A stretch of 63,807 nt of DNA, filler included, from Calcarisporiella thermophila CBS 279.70 (lineage: Eukaryota; Fungi; Calcarisporiellomycota), in NCBI RefSeq assembly GCF_041956535.1. It is 5 parts of 4 records of this genome, joined end to end, with 100 filler letters (N's around TTAATTAATTAA, not from the genome) between each part and the next. Parts side by side here need not be neighbours in the genome. Positions count along the whole stretch, not along the records: positions 1 to 28,580 come from NW_027192200.1; 4 more parts are not named here. One strand, written 5' to 3'. The translations under genes and the position numbers were made by a program. The notes beneath the pieces were generated by a model. It did not search any database, was not told the DNA's origin, and saw only the letters and a program-made list of their open reading frames with translations. This document shows, piece after piece, positions 1 through 11,542 of the stretch (position 1 is its first letter; each line of letters starts with the position of its first letter).

Positions 1-97
1 CTAACCTAACCTAACCTAACCTAACCTAACCTAACCTAACCTAACCTAACCTAACCTAACCTAACCTAACCTAACCTAACCTAACCTAACTAACCTA
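1..97. repeat. Telomeric repeat (CCTAA)n, i.e. (TTAGG)n on the minus strand; left chromosome end
   Basis: 18 perfect CTAAC units (1-90) plus TAACCTA (91-97) at the start of the window. The C-rich strand lies 5', as expected for a left end. Confidence 0.9.
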
Positions 98-2361
98 TAC
101 CCAAACGTCTACGTGGTTTTTGGTCTTTCCATCCCACTCACTTTACACTTTGCACGACGTCAGATCTTAAGAGAGCTTTTGGAGCTTGCTCCCATCAGCA
201 AAATTCTGTTTTCTAGTGATAGGTGGGTGATTGTATTTATCTCTTTGTGACCGGAATAAATCATAATATGCATTTACTGTTGTACTTGTAGCCATTATTT
301 TCCAGAGAGTTTTTATTTCGGAGCTGTTTGGAGCCGAGGAGCTCTCACAGATGTAAAATACAAATAATTGGCTACGTTAATACTTACTATCTGATAGCTG
401 ATATAATTCGAATATATCCCAGGTCTTAGTCGAATCAATTAACTCGGGAGAACTCACAGAATCTGAAGCTTTCGATGTCGCTCAAGATATTCTTTTCAAT
501 AATGCCAATCGCCTCTATAATTTAGGCTGGAATGCGAACGTTGTTGCTTTGAATCCACCGCCACAATATTCATCAGAGGATATAAAATTGCAGTTGATTC
601 GTAATGGAGTTAAGCATGTAAGACTTATGTGGGTTGATGCAAGGTAAGCATATTAATTATATATTTAATAACGAGTAGGTAAGCAATGAACATTAATCCG
701 ACCATTGTTATTAGTAATATTGCACGTTGCCGTATTATTCCAATCGAAAAGTTCTTCAGCAAAATCCTTCAAAGAGGTGTTGGTATTACTGATGGCCTGA
801 TGGGATCAACAGCAGTATTTGATACCGTGTTTGCTGGTTCAGCAGTCGGTGAAATTCAATATGGTAAATATTTTTATAGAAGTGACACTATTAGATATCA
901 AAATTTTTTTGGTTGAATGTCTTTAGTGCCTGACTTGAGATCGCTCCGCCAGCTTCCCTATCACCCTGCCCATGCTGCTGCAATAGGTGATATGATGAAT
1001 CGGAATGGTACTCCCTACGAACGTTGTCCGCGAGATTTTCTCAAAAGAATGCTCTCTAAACTACACAATGCCCACGGACTAACGCTTAAAGCTGGGTTTG
1101 AGACCGAATTTATCCTCTACTCCAATGAGAACAATGAGATTAAGCCATTGGACTCTACAGTATATTCTGAGGTAGCATCTATGAGAGGAAAATCTGGTGC
1201 CATTATAGATAGAATTGTTGATGCACTGCAGCAGCAGGGGATAGACGTCGAGCAATTTCACTCTGAATCTGCTAATGGTCTGTTCATTAGGATATTTTAA
1301 GCCATTCTAAAATCCTTACCCATGGTTGTCTGTTAGGTCAATTTGAGATAGCTACCAAATATAATGAATGTCTCAAAGCTGTGGACGATCTCGTTTTTAC
1401 TCGACAAACTATTTACGCTGTTGCGGAAAACAATGGGGTTAAAGCTACACTTCTACCCAGGCTCTCTCTTCTTCAAGGTCCTAATCTGCCACCTATCTTT
1501 ATATAACTAATTCTTACCAAAGCCCTTGTTCTATGTATAGCTGGTTCTGCAAGTCATGTGCATCTCTCAATTTGGAAATCTGAGATAAATATGTTTCCCT
1601 CCAAGACCGATTCTCATGGAATATCTACTCTGGGAAAGAGCTTTATGGCTGGAATTCTTGAGCATCTCCCCTCGTTGATGGCGATTACAATGCCTTCTGT
1701 CAACTCATATATGAGGGTAATGCCAAAAAGTCGGTGTGGAGTATATTTGATTTGGGGGATAGAGGTAACAATGTCGATATTAATATGAGTATTTCATTAA
1801 TACTCCATAGATAAATATATTCTTTAGAATCGCGAGGCCCCACTTCGCGTAGCTTCTCCGGAAGGACAGGTTTCTAACTTAGAAATTAAGCCTATTGATG
1901 TAATTGGATAGTTTTTTTACAGCAGCACTATATAATGCTGTCTAAATTATCTATTTTAATTGTGAATTGATCTTAGGGCACAGCAAACCCATATCTCGCC
2001 TTAGGTGCAATTGTAGCTGCTGGTTTAGATGGGATTAAAAATAGTCTTCATCTTCCTCAACCGTTCCAAAGTGTGTATGGCTTAATAGAAACAGTGTTGG
2101 CATTTTGATGGCTTATAAAAACTTTGCACTCTAGTGGATCCCAATGAGCTTTCTGACGCTGAGATGGTTTCACTCGGAATTCGCCCTCTACCCAAAACAC
2201 TCCATGATGCTCTTTACGCACTTGAACAGGACAAATGTATTCAAAATGCAATGGGTGAGATTCTTTCAAACGGGTTTATAACGGTGCGAAAAAAAGAGCT
2301 GGAATTGATGGAGGCTAAGAAGCCCGAGGAACAACTGAAAATATATTATACAAGGTACTGA
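92..2361 (+). pseudogene. fluG: 5'-truncated FluG (C-terminal part of the amidohydrolase domain plus glutamine-synthetase-like domain), multi-exon
   Basis: Spliced translation gives NLYPNVYVVFGLSIP..ILRELLELAPISKILFSSD|SHYFPESFYFGA..|..DILFNNANRLYNLG (FluG amidohydrolase C-part). GS motifs follow: CPRDFL, GFETEF, FHSESANGQFEI, GSASHVHLS, NREAPLR, LEIKPIDGTANPYL. Short GT-AG introns; stop at 2361. No start codon or N-terminal half before the telomere. Confidence 0.88.
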
Positions 2362-3219
2362 CATGGAGTGGTGGAGTTAATGTTGAACATCTTTTATTTT
2401 TTCCAATTACTATCAATGCCAAAATTGTAGACACTGAATTGATACCTTAGTGTTTCCAAATCAATATTTCAAGTATGTTATAATCAAAACTATAATGCTA
2501 ACACAATTGTTTTATATCCTTTCAAGCTTTAAATAAAAATGGGAAATTGGGACGCTAAAGACTTTAAAAATCAAAATAGCTTTTGTTACATCGTCCAAGT
2601 ACGCCTGCTATTTTTGTAAATTGTATCCTTTTTACACATTTATTTACTACATTACGATCTGCTAGGGTTTATAAGTAGGGTTTAAACTACTCTTCTATTC
2701 TTCTAGATAATTTACGAGAACTTTGTAAATGAAACCACTCTCCGACTTAGGCCGTGCCACGCTTCTCCAGCATTCCAGAGAAGGCAAGTCAGGTTATTAA
2801 ATTGCAGAAATTTTAAACACTCATTATACAACAGCGGCTAAGATACTTAGACAAGATGCAGCACGATGCTCTGATCTCAAACGGCCACCAGCTGGTCGAC
2901 CTCGCATCTTGAGTCAGAGATAGGATAAAAAACTTGTAATGCGCTAACACACCCCTTGATATATTTCGAAGAAATGCTATAGCATAGTTGGCTTCCTTTC
3001 GACAAGCTGTGCAGTCTTTTAATCCTATCCTTCTCGCGTGTTGGATATTAGTCATTAGATTGGCTGAATTGGAATCCTATTTGATTTGATACGCGTGTTA
3101 ACGATTACAAACGAGGTCATTGCGCCCTCTTACACACCCTGCATTTCACATGGTAGCGCAGGATATTGGTGCAAGGGGCCCTGCGTCAGTAATTAATCCA
3201 TGGAACCGCCTCCGATCTT

Positions 3220-3894
3220 CTAGCGGCTATCGCCATTACCGGAGCGCAAGAGACGAACCCTTTGCCTATGGGCCCAGTCCAGCCCATGCGCCATCAGCAA
3301 GAAATACAACCACAATCCCGCCGACCTTGCCCATCCTCCAGCGCACTCGTAGTTCATAAGGGGCGGATATGGGTTTTCCCTGATCAGTCCACTTTTGGCG
3401 CCCAAATGTATAGACATGCTATACGCCATTAATAGGAGGGTTCCACGAATTCCGTGGGGCCGCAGCCGAAACCGCCCCCGCCCTAGGACTACCTCCACCA
3501 TCGCAAACAATCCGCCCAGCAAGTGCATGGAGATGGTGGTGAACAACTGCGGACGGGTTTTTTCGCCCAACCTGCTTATGGATGGAAAGAAAGGCCAGTA
3601 GACAAGAAGGACAAACACGTTCATAGCAATTGCATACGGGTATAACCGGAGAGCGAACGCGTCCAGGGAAGGATTACTCTTTGGATGAATTGCAGTCAAA
3701 AAAGTGCTTGCCGAGAGGTACACGAGCAGGGCGACGTAGGACAACCGGGTGAAGTGCACCCACCAAAGGCCGTCCTGCCAATCGACGCGCAGGGAGACCG
3801 TCGTCGCTGCGTAGCTGTGCATAAGAAAGTAGCCCCTGATTAGGAGCAGTTTCTTTGTCGAAACGAGGGGGGATGTCGCAATAGTTCGAGTCAT
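3220..3894 (-). CDS. Multi-pass membrane protein, rolling-stone / FAR-17a-AIG1-like
   Basis: Intronless ORF of about 224 aa with 5-6 hydrophobic segments and motifs HFTRLSY, VYW, SMH..G..E, PYP. Confidence 0.6.
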   Translation of the reverse strand: MTRTIATSPLVSTKKLLLIRGYFLMHSYAATTVSLRVDWQDGLWWVHFTRLSYVALLVYLSASTFLTAIHPKSNPSLDAFALRLYPYAIAMNVFVLLVYWPFFPSISRLGEKTRPQLFTTISMHLLGGLFAMVEVVLGRGRFRLRPHGIRGTLLLMAYSMSIHLGAKSGLIRENPYPPLMNYECAGGWARSAGLWLYFLLMAHGLDWAHRQRVRLLRSGNGDSR

Positions 3895-4429
3895 GCTGCG
3901 CTGGGACCAGTACACAACTTCAGCAGCTCTTTCTGGATTTTCTGTTTTTCCCGTCAGATATACGAGTATGCAAAAGGAGGAGCAATAGGCTTGCCGCTTG
4001 TGTTTCTACAGCCGTGGCGTCTTGGAAACTAGCTATACCAAATGGGAAATTCTATAGTCAGACAATGTAACTAGACCAAGCCATCATCTCCCTTTCTTAG
4101 GTCAAAGGATAAATTTAATACAAGTAATTATGGGTAACCCTCCGTATATATATTTTAATTGAACTTTCACTGCAATAAGGATATTTTAGTTCTTGTGAAT
4201 CGAGTTGTGATTACTACACATACTATAATCTACACTTAATGTATCACAAGCATTTTCAAGGATGCAAGAGAAATAAGTGTTATAAGAAAAAAAAATTCCA
4301 CAATAACCCTAATATCTTTGTGGGGCAGAGTGGAATAAATATCATAATATTATTAACTGCATGTTTATAATTTTTTGGGATTTCAAGAATTAGAACTTAC
4401 AACTGTCGTTGAACTGTTAAAATTATAAT

Positions 4430-4825
4430 TTAAACAGGAACTTCTCGAATTAAACGTGAACTCCATGGACACCAATGATTCCCAGGTAAGAAAGCACCGC
4501 CTACTTCATCAAGATGGTCTTCTACATAGCGAATATGAGCATCGCATACCTCAATTGCTGACTTGAAAAAACTAATTGAATTAGGCTCAAGGTGGAATGA
4601 CCAATCGCGATTGTATGATGCGGTAGATTTCACTATTTTTCCCATCACATGAGTATTGTCTTTTTCGTGGCCGCTCAAAATCGCTCTTGCTTGCTGAATT
4701 TTGGCGGGATCCACCAATTGGAAAATAAATTTTTCGGAACCTGGAGGATAATCAAATGCGAAATTCGCAGATTCTGCAAAGACAAATGCGAACAATGCTA
4801 AAAGTAAAAGAGTAAATCTATACAT
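4430..4825 (-). CDS. Secreted BP74-like / 'calmodulin-binding protein' family protein (bacterial and Dictyostelium type)
   Basis: Signal peptide followed by FIFQL.D...IQQAR.IL, HVMGKI, YN..WSFHL.P, FF..AIEVCDA, YVE.HL.E.GGAFLP...WCPW.S; intronless. Confidence 0.8.
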   Translation of the reverse strand: MYRFTLLLLALFAFVFAESANFAFDYPPGSEKFIFQLVDPAKIQQARAILSGHEKDNTHVMGKIVKSTASYNRDWSFHLEPNSISFFKSAIEVCDAHIRYVEDHLDEVGGAFLPGNHWCPWSSRLIREVPV

Positions 4826-5130
4826 TTTATAAAGTATATATTTTTTCAGTCAATTCAATGCATTAACGAAAATTAATATTATTGAAAAAAGAGAAATATT
4901 AAATTTCTTGGAAAAAGAATTCTTTATAATGTGAAAATATCATTTTCAATAGAGTAAGAATTGCTCAAACAGGCACTTGAATTTTAAAAATGGTTTGAAA
5001 TACCCTTGTAATTATCGAATACTGGATATTTGTTTTGTTTTATATTGATATGTAATTTGAACCAAAAATTATCTGATATTGTGATACCTAATCATCGTGC
5101 ATTTATTTATTGCTCTGTTTGGTAAATAAT

Positions 5131-6800
5131 ATTAGCCTTTACTAGTTCGGCCAATGCCCTTTAGGCATCATGCCAAAGTTGCATTTGCTGGATGGTATCG
5201 GCTCTTTCGGAGCCCAAATCGTGCTTTATTCGTAATAAAGTATGGGAAAATTCGAAAAATAACTAGACAAAATGCCATTGGAATTGAATGTCTTCAAACT
5301 GATTTTGATGTAAACTAAAACAATGTATGGAAAAAGTAAACATATAAATTGGGTTGCTACTCTTTATCCTTCTCCTCAGCTTTAAGAAGCTTTCCGAAAT
5401 CCGGCCTCCCTAATGAAGGGGTGTGGCGGGTGGGCATCCAGCTTCATTTCCCTTGGGCCCTCGCCCCGAGGGAATTAGCCTTCACTAGTTCGGCCAATGC
5501 CCTTTAGGCATCGTGCCCAAGTTGCATTCGCTGGATGGTGTTTCGTCGCAAAGGTATACCCTCCGGAACGTTAACCATTTCGACTCGGTGATAAAATTGT
5601 TCGAAGATTGTTGCCGAAGTCCAGTTAGCTGCTTTAAGAATTCTATCTAAGGGTACCCTTTGCTGCAATGCATGAGAGGATGAGGTGCTTCTAGTCGAAT
5701 GGGCTGTTGCTAAGATGTTAGCTTCCGCTAAGATGTCTGTTATCCACCTCGCTATTGTGTCTCCCGATGCTGGCGTTGGTGGTCTCCTCGTCGTAATGAA
5801 AAAGGTAGGGAACTCGTCGTAACCTGGAGCAGCATTCCTAGCGCGTTCAATGTATAGATGAGTTGCTCTAATTGGGCATAGCTCTGGATCTTCCGTCATC
5901 GCCCATAGTCGGATTTTTTTTATCCATTCCTTCCTTGGGTTTGATGGCCGTCAGCTGCATACCCGTCAGTCCGTTGTCGTCATCCCGGGTGAATTGGACT
6001 TTACTCGGTGGTATTCTTGCTAAATCAGATCTCGGCCTCCAGATGGTTGTTAAAGCAAGCAGCAGGGCCACTTTTTGCCCTAGTCGTGGTAGCGGTGTAT
6101 CAATGGTCGATGGGATAAGTGTCAGTTTCTCAATCGCTTTTTGAACATTCCAAAATGGGGTCTTCTCCTTAAAGTGTCGAGTGTTATCTCTAGCTCCTCT
6201 GATGACTCTTTGGATCACCTGTTGGTCCGCCAGGGGGGTTCTATTTGGATGCAATATTTGCCAAGTGCGGGATATTCCCGTCTTATAAACCTGTAGTGAT
6301 GTAAAATGATGCGTTTCACTCATTGCTGCTAGGTATTCTGTGGCCGTGGCCAAATCATAGCTGCATGGATCTCTACCGTTCTTTGCGCACCAAGTAATGT
6401 ATTTCTTCCACGCCGATGCATAATGCTTCCCAGTAGTTGTCCTTTCTGTCTTTGTGATGAGTTCGATAGCTTTCTCTGGAAACCCCTGTGTCTGGAGGGC
6501 ACTCCTGATAATTTCCAGGCGATTACCTGTGCTGGGTGCCTCGGGAGTGTTGTTGGTGACGACAGTTGTTGCATGTTGAGAATTATTGGAGAATCGACGG
6601 TCATTTCCAGGGCCTGCGCTATCCAAGGCTGGGTCGTCTAGTTCGGCGTAATTACTTCTATCTCCTCTATTCGTCTCATCGAGATTGCTCGGAGTAGTCT
6701 TGGGAGCATTATCCAGGGTGGGTTCGCGTAGGCTCCTCTCGACGGCCAACTGCGTTTGTTGCCTAAGCTGGGCTTGCTCTGAGGTCGTGTTCTGTGTGCT
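5131..6800 (-). mobile_element. 3' remnant of a DIRS/PAT-type tyrosine-recombinase retrotransposon
   Basis: Tyrosine recombinase overlapped in another frame by an adenine-methyltransferase-like Pol tail (YANPPW at 6713-6730, ITPN*TTQPW, AWKLSG). A 66-bp direct repeat lies at 5131-5196 and 5474-5539. Confidence 0.85.
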
Positions 6801-6830
6801 TGGTTGAACAATGCTGCTGCTCTTAGTCAT
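5504..6830 (-). pseudogene. Tyrosine recombinase/integrase, frameshifted at a homopolymer near 5914-5921
   Basis: ORFs 5868-6866 and 5504-5899 join to give WRPRSDL..KPKE..LCP..HSTR..ANW..FYHR, the R-K-H-R-W-Y catalytic set. Confidence 0.85.
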
Positions 6831-6985
6831 GAATTCTATCAACGCAGGATAGGTGCAGATCCACACCCTTTTCTTACAATGAAAGCACTTTAATGATTTA
6901 TTAACTTCTTATGAAGCTACAATAATTTGCAAGAACTACAAGCTCGTAGTATTTAAAGTCAATTTTGTCCACACTTTTATATCTT

Positions 6986-7948
6986 TCAAAGTTTTGATTT
7001 ATTCTCCATATAATCGGCAAGTCGAGGAAAAAGAACCTTAGCATTACTAATGTTGACACTTTCAAGGGTATGGGAGTTCACCCATTCTCCGGAGGTGTCT
7101 AAATTATTGTTAAAATATGCGCCCGGAGCTGTTGGCACAAATGGCCAATCACTTCCATAAAGCACGTGTCCGGGTTTGGCAAATGCTAATAGAGAAGGCA
7201 GAGCGGTAGGACTTGCTGAAATAGCTGTATCGAAGTAGAAGCGTTTCATATCCGAAAGAATATCATCCACCGTACGAGATGGATCCAACAGCAATGTGGA
7301 CATGGCAAGCCGATGAGCAGCGTAGGGCAGGAAACCACCAGCATGCGATAAAATCACTTTCATTCGAGTGTACTTTCGCATTACTCCATTCAGCACCATA
7401 TGAAAAGCAGTACGCGTAGTATCGAATGGAAAATCCACAATTGGAGCGGGTATGCCTTGGATCTTGGGCAGTTTCGATTCGGTTGGGTGTATAAAGACAA
7501 CAGCACTCCTTGAATCGAGCACTTTCCACAATGGTTCAAAGTTCGGATCACCCAGATAACGACCTTGTGCATTTGACATGAGCACCACACCATCTCCACT
7601 TAGCACATCAAGAGCATATATCGCCTCTGCAACTGATCCTTCCACATCTGGTAATGGGATGCTTGCAAAATGACCGAAACGCGAAGGGTGTTCTTTAACC
7701 AATTGAGCACCGTATTCATTGACCTGGCGCACTAGTTTACGCGCTTCGGCATCATCCCCAAGGTGTACGCCAGGTGCACTAACTGAAACTATTCCTGTAG
7801 CAATATTCTGCTCGTTCATCATTTCTATCGCACTCTCTTTATCCCAAGGTGGGATAGGCCAACCCCCAGAGTCCAAGTTACGATCATTCATTATATCACA
7901 ATAAAATGGCGGAATCACATGTTGATGCACATCGATACGTGATGCCAT
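6986..7948 (-). CDS. Amidohydrolase_2 family metal-dependent decarboxylase/hydrolase (ACMSD / 6-methylsalicylate decarboxylase-like)
   Basis: IDVHQH, FIHP, ILSHAGG, FYFDTA, LYGSDWPF motifs; 320 aa, intronless. Confidence 0.92.
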   Translation of the reverse strand: MASRIDVHQHVIPPFYCDIMNDRNLDSGGWPIPPWDKESAIEMMNEQNIATGIVSVSAPGVHLGDDAEARKLVRQVNEYGAQLVKEHPSRFGHFASIPLPDVEGSVAEAIYALDVLSGDGVVLMSNAQGRYLGDPNFEPLWKVLDSRSAVVFIHPTESKLPKIQGIPAPIVDFPFDTTRTAFHMVLNGVMRKYTRMKVILSHAGGFLPYAAHRLAMSTLLLDPSRTVDDILSDMKRFYFDTAISASPTALPSLLAFAKPGHVLYGSDWPFVPTAPGAYFNNNLDTSGEWVNSHTLESVNISNAKVLFPRLADYMENKSKL

Positions 7949-8485
7949 TTTGATGATGATTGATTTCCTATTTGCGATCGAAAAAAATCATATAAATCTA
8001 ATTACGTTTCTTCTACAATAATACTAGGGAACGATTATTTGATTACTATATTCAATTTATTGCTGAACAGTAATAATTTCAATTTCGGGTAGCGGATCGT
8101 CGTTCGTAATACTCAGACCGAGAATATAAAGGTTGAATGCGCATTTTATAAATTGTAGGGACTTTTTATAGAATCACAGTAAGTGCTTGACCAATTTCTG
8201 TTTCGGGCTAACGGCTAAATACGCGTAAGATATCAAACACAAACTTGAGGCGTTAAATAGGGCTTCCACCCTTGGAAATATAATGCTTAAAAGTTTATGC
8301 TTTAAACACCCGAGAATCGTTGCCCGGCTCTATATCATTTTCGCTTTACAGGCCAAAAAATCCATAACAACAAATTGATACCATTTTTTAAAACCTTAAT
8401 ATTCCAATAACTACTTTTAGGAGAATGGTGAAAATGTGTCGAGACAAAACTGCAACCTCTACACGATTTCCAGAGATATATGCTA

Positions 8486-8870
8486 CCCCTTCTTAAAGTA
8501 AAAAATTACGCTCACCGATGTACTTATAATTCAAAAAACAGCATAAGATAGCAATGCGCTTTTTTCAAATTCGACTATATTTTATAAACTGTATTTTTAT
8601 AAATTTATTAACTTGAACTGTGTGCCCTCCCCTGGCAGCATGTACCTCAAAGGCATACTTGCATAGAGCCTGTGGATATATTCCGGCTCTACCCTCCCCC
8701 TACTCCCCATCCGCTCGCTCCCATAACTCGTCCTTATTCTTTGATATTTTTGATCAAGAGCCGAGCATTCGCTTCAACTCGCTCCAGATACGCTCTATGA
8801 TCTTCAAATCTGGAGACTGCGGGAGCCACTCTAGCAAGCTTATCTTATAGTAGTAGTTAACCTCTCAAGC
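8486..8870 (-). mobile_element. Degenerate Tc1/mariner transposase 3' fragment with probable terminus
   Basis: Minus strand reads LLEWLPQSPDLKIIERIWSELKR...KNKDELWER with stops. It resembles the copy at 59469. A TA|CCC terminus lies about 125 bp past the ORF end, as in that copy. Confidence 0.8.
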
Positions 8871-10097
8871 TATACCTCTCTTAGCCATGACACTAATTTT
8901 CCCCAGCCGATTCGATGAAATAACATGATTTATTTCTATCTTTTAATTATTTTATCACTTTAGCATAGATAATATCTCTTGTTCATCACATCGTCTGATT
9001 ATTTTCTTTGGCTATTTAACTCCTTGTATTGTCGATGGTTCCTCACCAATTTGTTATATTTCTTAAGTCTACATAAAATGACCGCTACAAATTAGCTTGA
9101 GGCTGACTCAACCTTAGTATCCCCAATCTAGCGTTGGGCAGAATTGCGTATTTGAACCAACTCAATGCAGCCCAAGAGTACAGCAGATCTTCTAGACATC
9201 GTTCCATTTTTCATGCAAATCATCACGAAGCTTCCCTCTGAGTTCGTTAGCAGATTAAGTCTGCAGTGGCCGTGACAGTTTCCCTTCACCCCAATCGAGG
9301 TGGGCAAGCTCCGATTCACAAATTTGTTTTTTTTTTCTTGGTGACGATTGGCTAATCAGTTTTTTTGCTAAAAACTCCAATTAATTTACCTCTAATTTAA
9401 TTTAGATATGAGCAGTTAAGATTATGCATTACGCTCTAAGGCACAAAACATATTGGTTGAGACAGATTCAGCGAACGCGCGAGAAATAGGCAGCATATCA
9501 AGTGGTTCTATCATGTAAATCGATACAAGCTCTGAAAAAAGAATAACTGAACGAAACGATTCCGAGAAAGCTGTGTGCAATGACGAAGAAAGCGTAGAGA
9601 GGATCGCAAGTGGCCGCAGGTAAGTTTCGAGGTCCTGGAAGAGACGGAATACTAGACGAAATAGAGGATAAATATCATCCGGTAATCTGTAGCACCAAGC
9701 ATGGGAATGTGCACTATGAAAACCGTTATTGCGATGCAATGTCGCCAGCGAAACTCTTTCTCTCCTCTCTCTCTGCTCTAAGGCATAATACTCGTGTCGA
9801 AAACCCAATCGAAATGCCCAAACGTGAAGAGGTTGGTTGAGCTGGTTTGCGCTTCAGTGATGCGTCAACCTTAATCAAGACAGGTAGAACCGTGCATGCC
9901 AAAAGAGTGATTGCCAAACTATTGCATAGCAGTGCTGATATTTGCTTTTGCACCATTTGGTGTAATAAAACGTCAAGAAAACTACAAATAAATTTCATCA
10001 GATCGATCGACTCTTGCAAATTTTTTTTTAAGTTTGGCTGTAACAACCCCTTCGACACAAAACTAACTGCAACCATAGTAGGAATCGCAATTAATAA

Positions 10098-10415
10098 ATG
10101 CAGCTTCTCAAATTAACCGTCGGAGTCGTAGCTATTTGCGCGGCCAAGCAACTCGTCTTAGCTAGCATTATTCCCCATGGTGAAGTTGAAAAGATACAAG
10201 AGCCTGTCTTTGAAAAACGCATCCTCGATGCATCAATGGAAATCGTCTCATGGAAGCAAGAACTTGGGGATACAAGCCTGTCCAACTCAGTTGCATTTAT
10301 CGCCAAATGTGGACAAAAACTAGCCAACATGGGCGGCGGAATCGACGTTGCCGGTGCTGATATCCTCAGTTCAAACTCCGCAGACTGCCGTCTGTTAGAG
10401 AACGACCAGACATGA
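10098..10415 (+). CDS. Possible small secreted pre-pro-protein
   Basis: A-rich ATG context, hydrophobic N-terminus, Kex2-like EKR site, 2 Cys in the mature part; no family recognised. Confidence 0.35.
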   Translation: MQLLKLTVGVVAICAAKQLVLASIIPHGEVEKIQEPVFEKRILDASMEIVSWKQELGDTSLSNSVAFIAKCGQKLANMGGGIDVAGADILSSNSADCRLLENDQT

Positions 10416-11542
10416 TCCAAGTCTGAATAGTTGTTGTGTTACGACGGTTATTTCATACTTATACAAATATGTATAAGCAAGTATCTTATCATCATTATTA
10501 GTCATCATCTCCTATTCTATCATATATATAGGATGTGCTTTTTCTCTTTTGAATTCTTTTCCGGTATGTGTTATTTGTGTTATCCCTTCTATCCGTCTTC
10601 TTTCCTTTTATTAATATACTCTTAATAAGATCCAACACCGTTAATCAATCAATCAAGTCTTAAATGGTTAATGGAGAGATGATTAGTCGCATACTCGATA
10701 ACTTGGTCCACTCCAACAGATGCTCCCAGCAATAAGTCAGTGCTCTCCAATTTGAAGACGGTACTATATAACTTGAATGACGGAGCACTTAGTGATAGCA
10801 TTATTTTTATGAATAAACATTTTCTACACTCACTTATATTAAATATAGCGTTTGTGTATCAGAACATTTTATGTAAAATTAGGAATCTGTGGTGAGAAGA
10901 GCAAGCAGTTCAAGTCCGAGAGCTTAACAATATTATTTTATTCCCGTCTTCTCTGTATATTTTTGAACTGATTCCTTATATAATATATAAGGAATGCTTC
11001 TTTAATTCTCTGAGCTTTTGAAACACGCATCTCATCAGTTCATCTACATTAACTTCCGAGAGATTGGCACCGCCTAGAGCATATTTAAGTGCGTCAATAT
11101 TTAAAAACTTCAGTAATATTATTACCGAAAAAAAACCGTGTTTATTGTTATATAGCCTAACCTACGCGCTTATCATACAATTTTTTTAAACATGCATACT
11201 ATAAAACACCGTAATTTTTGTATTTTATTATTGATTTTACAACCCTAGTTGAAATCATGAATTATAAGCATCAAAAATTTGTTTGGCTTAAACTCCAAAT
11301 TAAGATTGTAAGATTGGCAGCGGAGCATAAATAGGCAAATCAATTTAATTCTTTTGATTACTGTATATCCCTGCCATTTTATATTCAAACTCAAGATTTG
11401 CATTGCCGGGTTTTTTCAATGCCAAGTAATGAGTTGAATGAGTCGCCGCCCTAATTAGCAAAATCAATATGTTGATTTACAAAAGCCTCAGATCGACCAA
11501 CGACCTCGGCCGAATACTATGATTTTAACCGCTTATCACGTA

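Noticed and set aside
5400-5475. GC-rich hairpin considered as a ribozyme in the YR element terminus
   Set aside because: No complete hammerhead or HDV core could be assembled by eye.
9128-10116. Overlapping ORFs on both strands
   Set aside because: No recognisable motif or consistent gene model.
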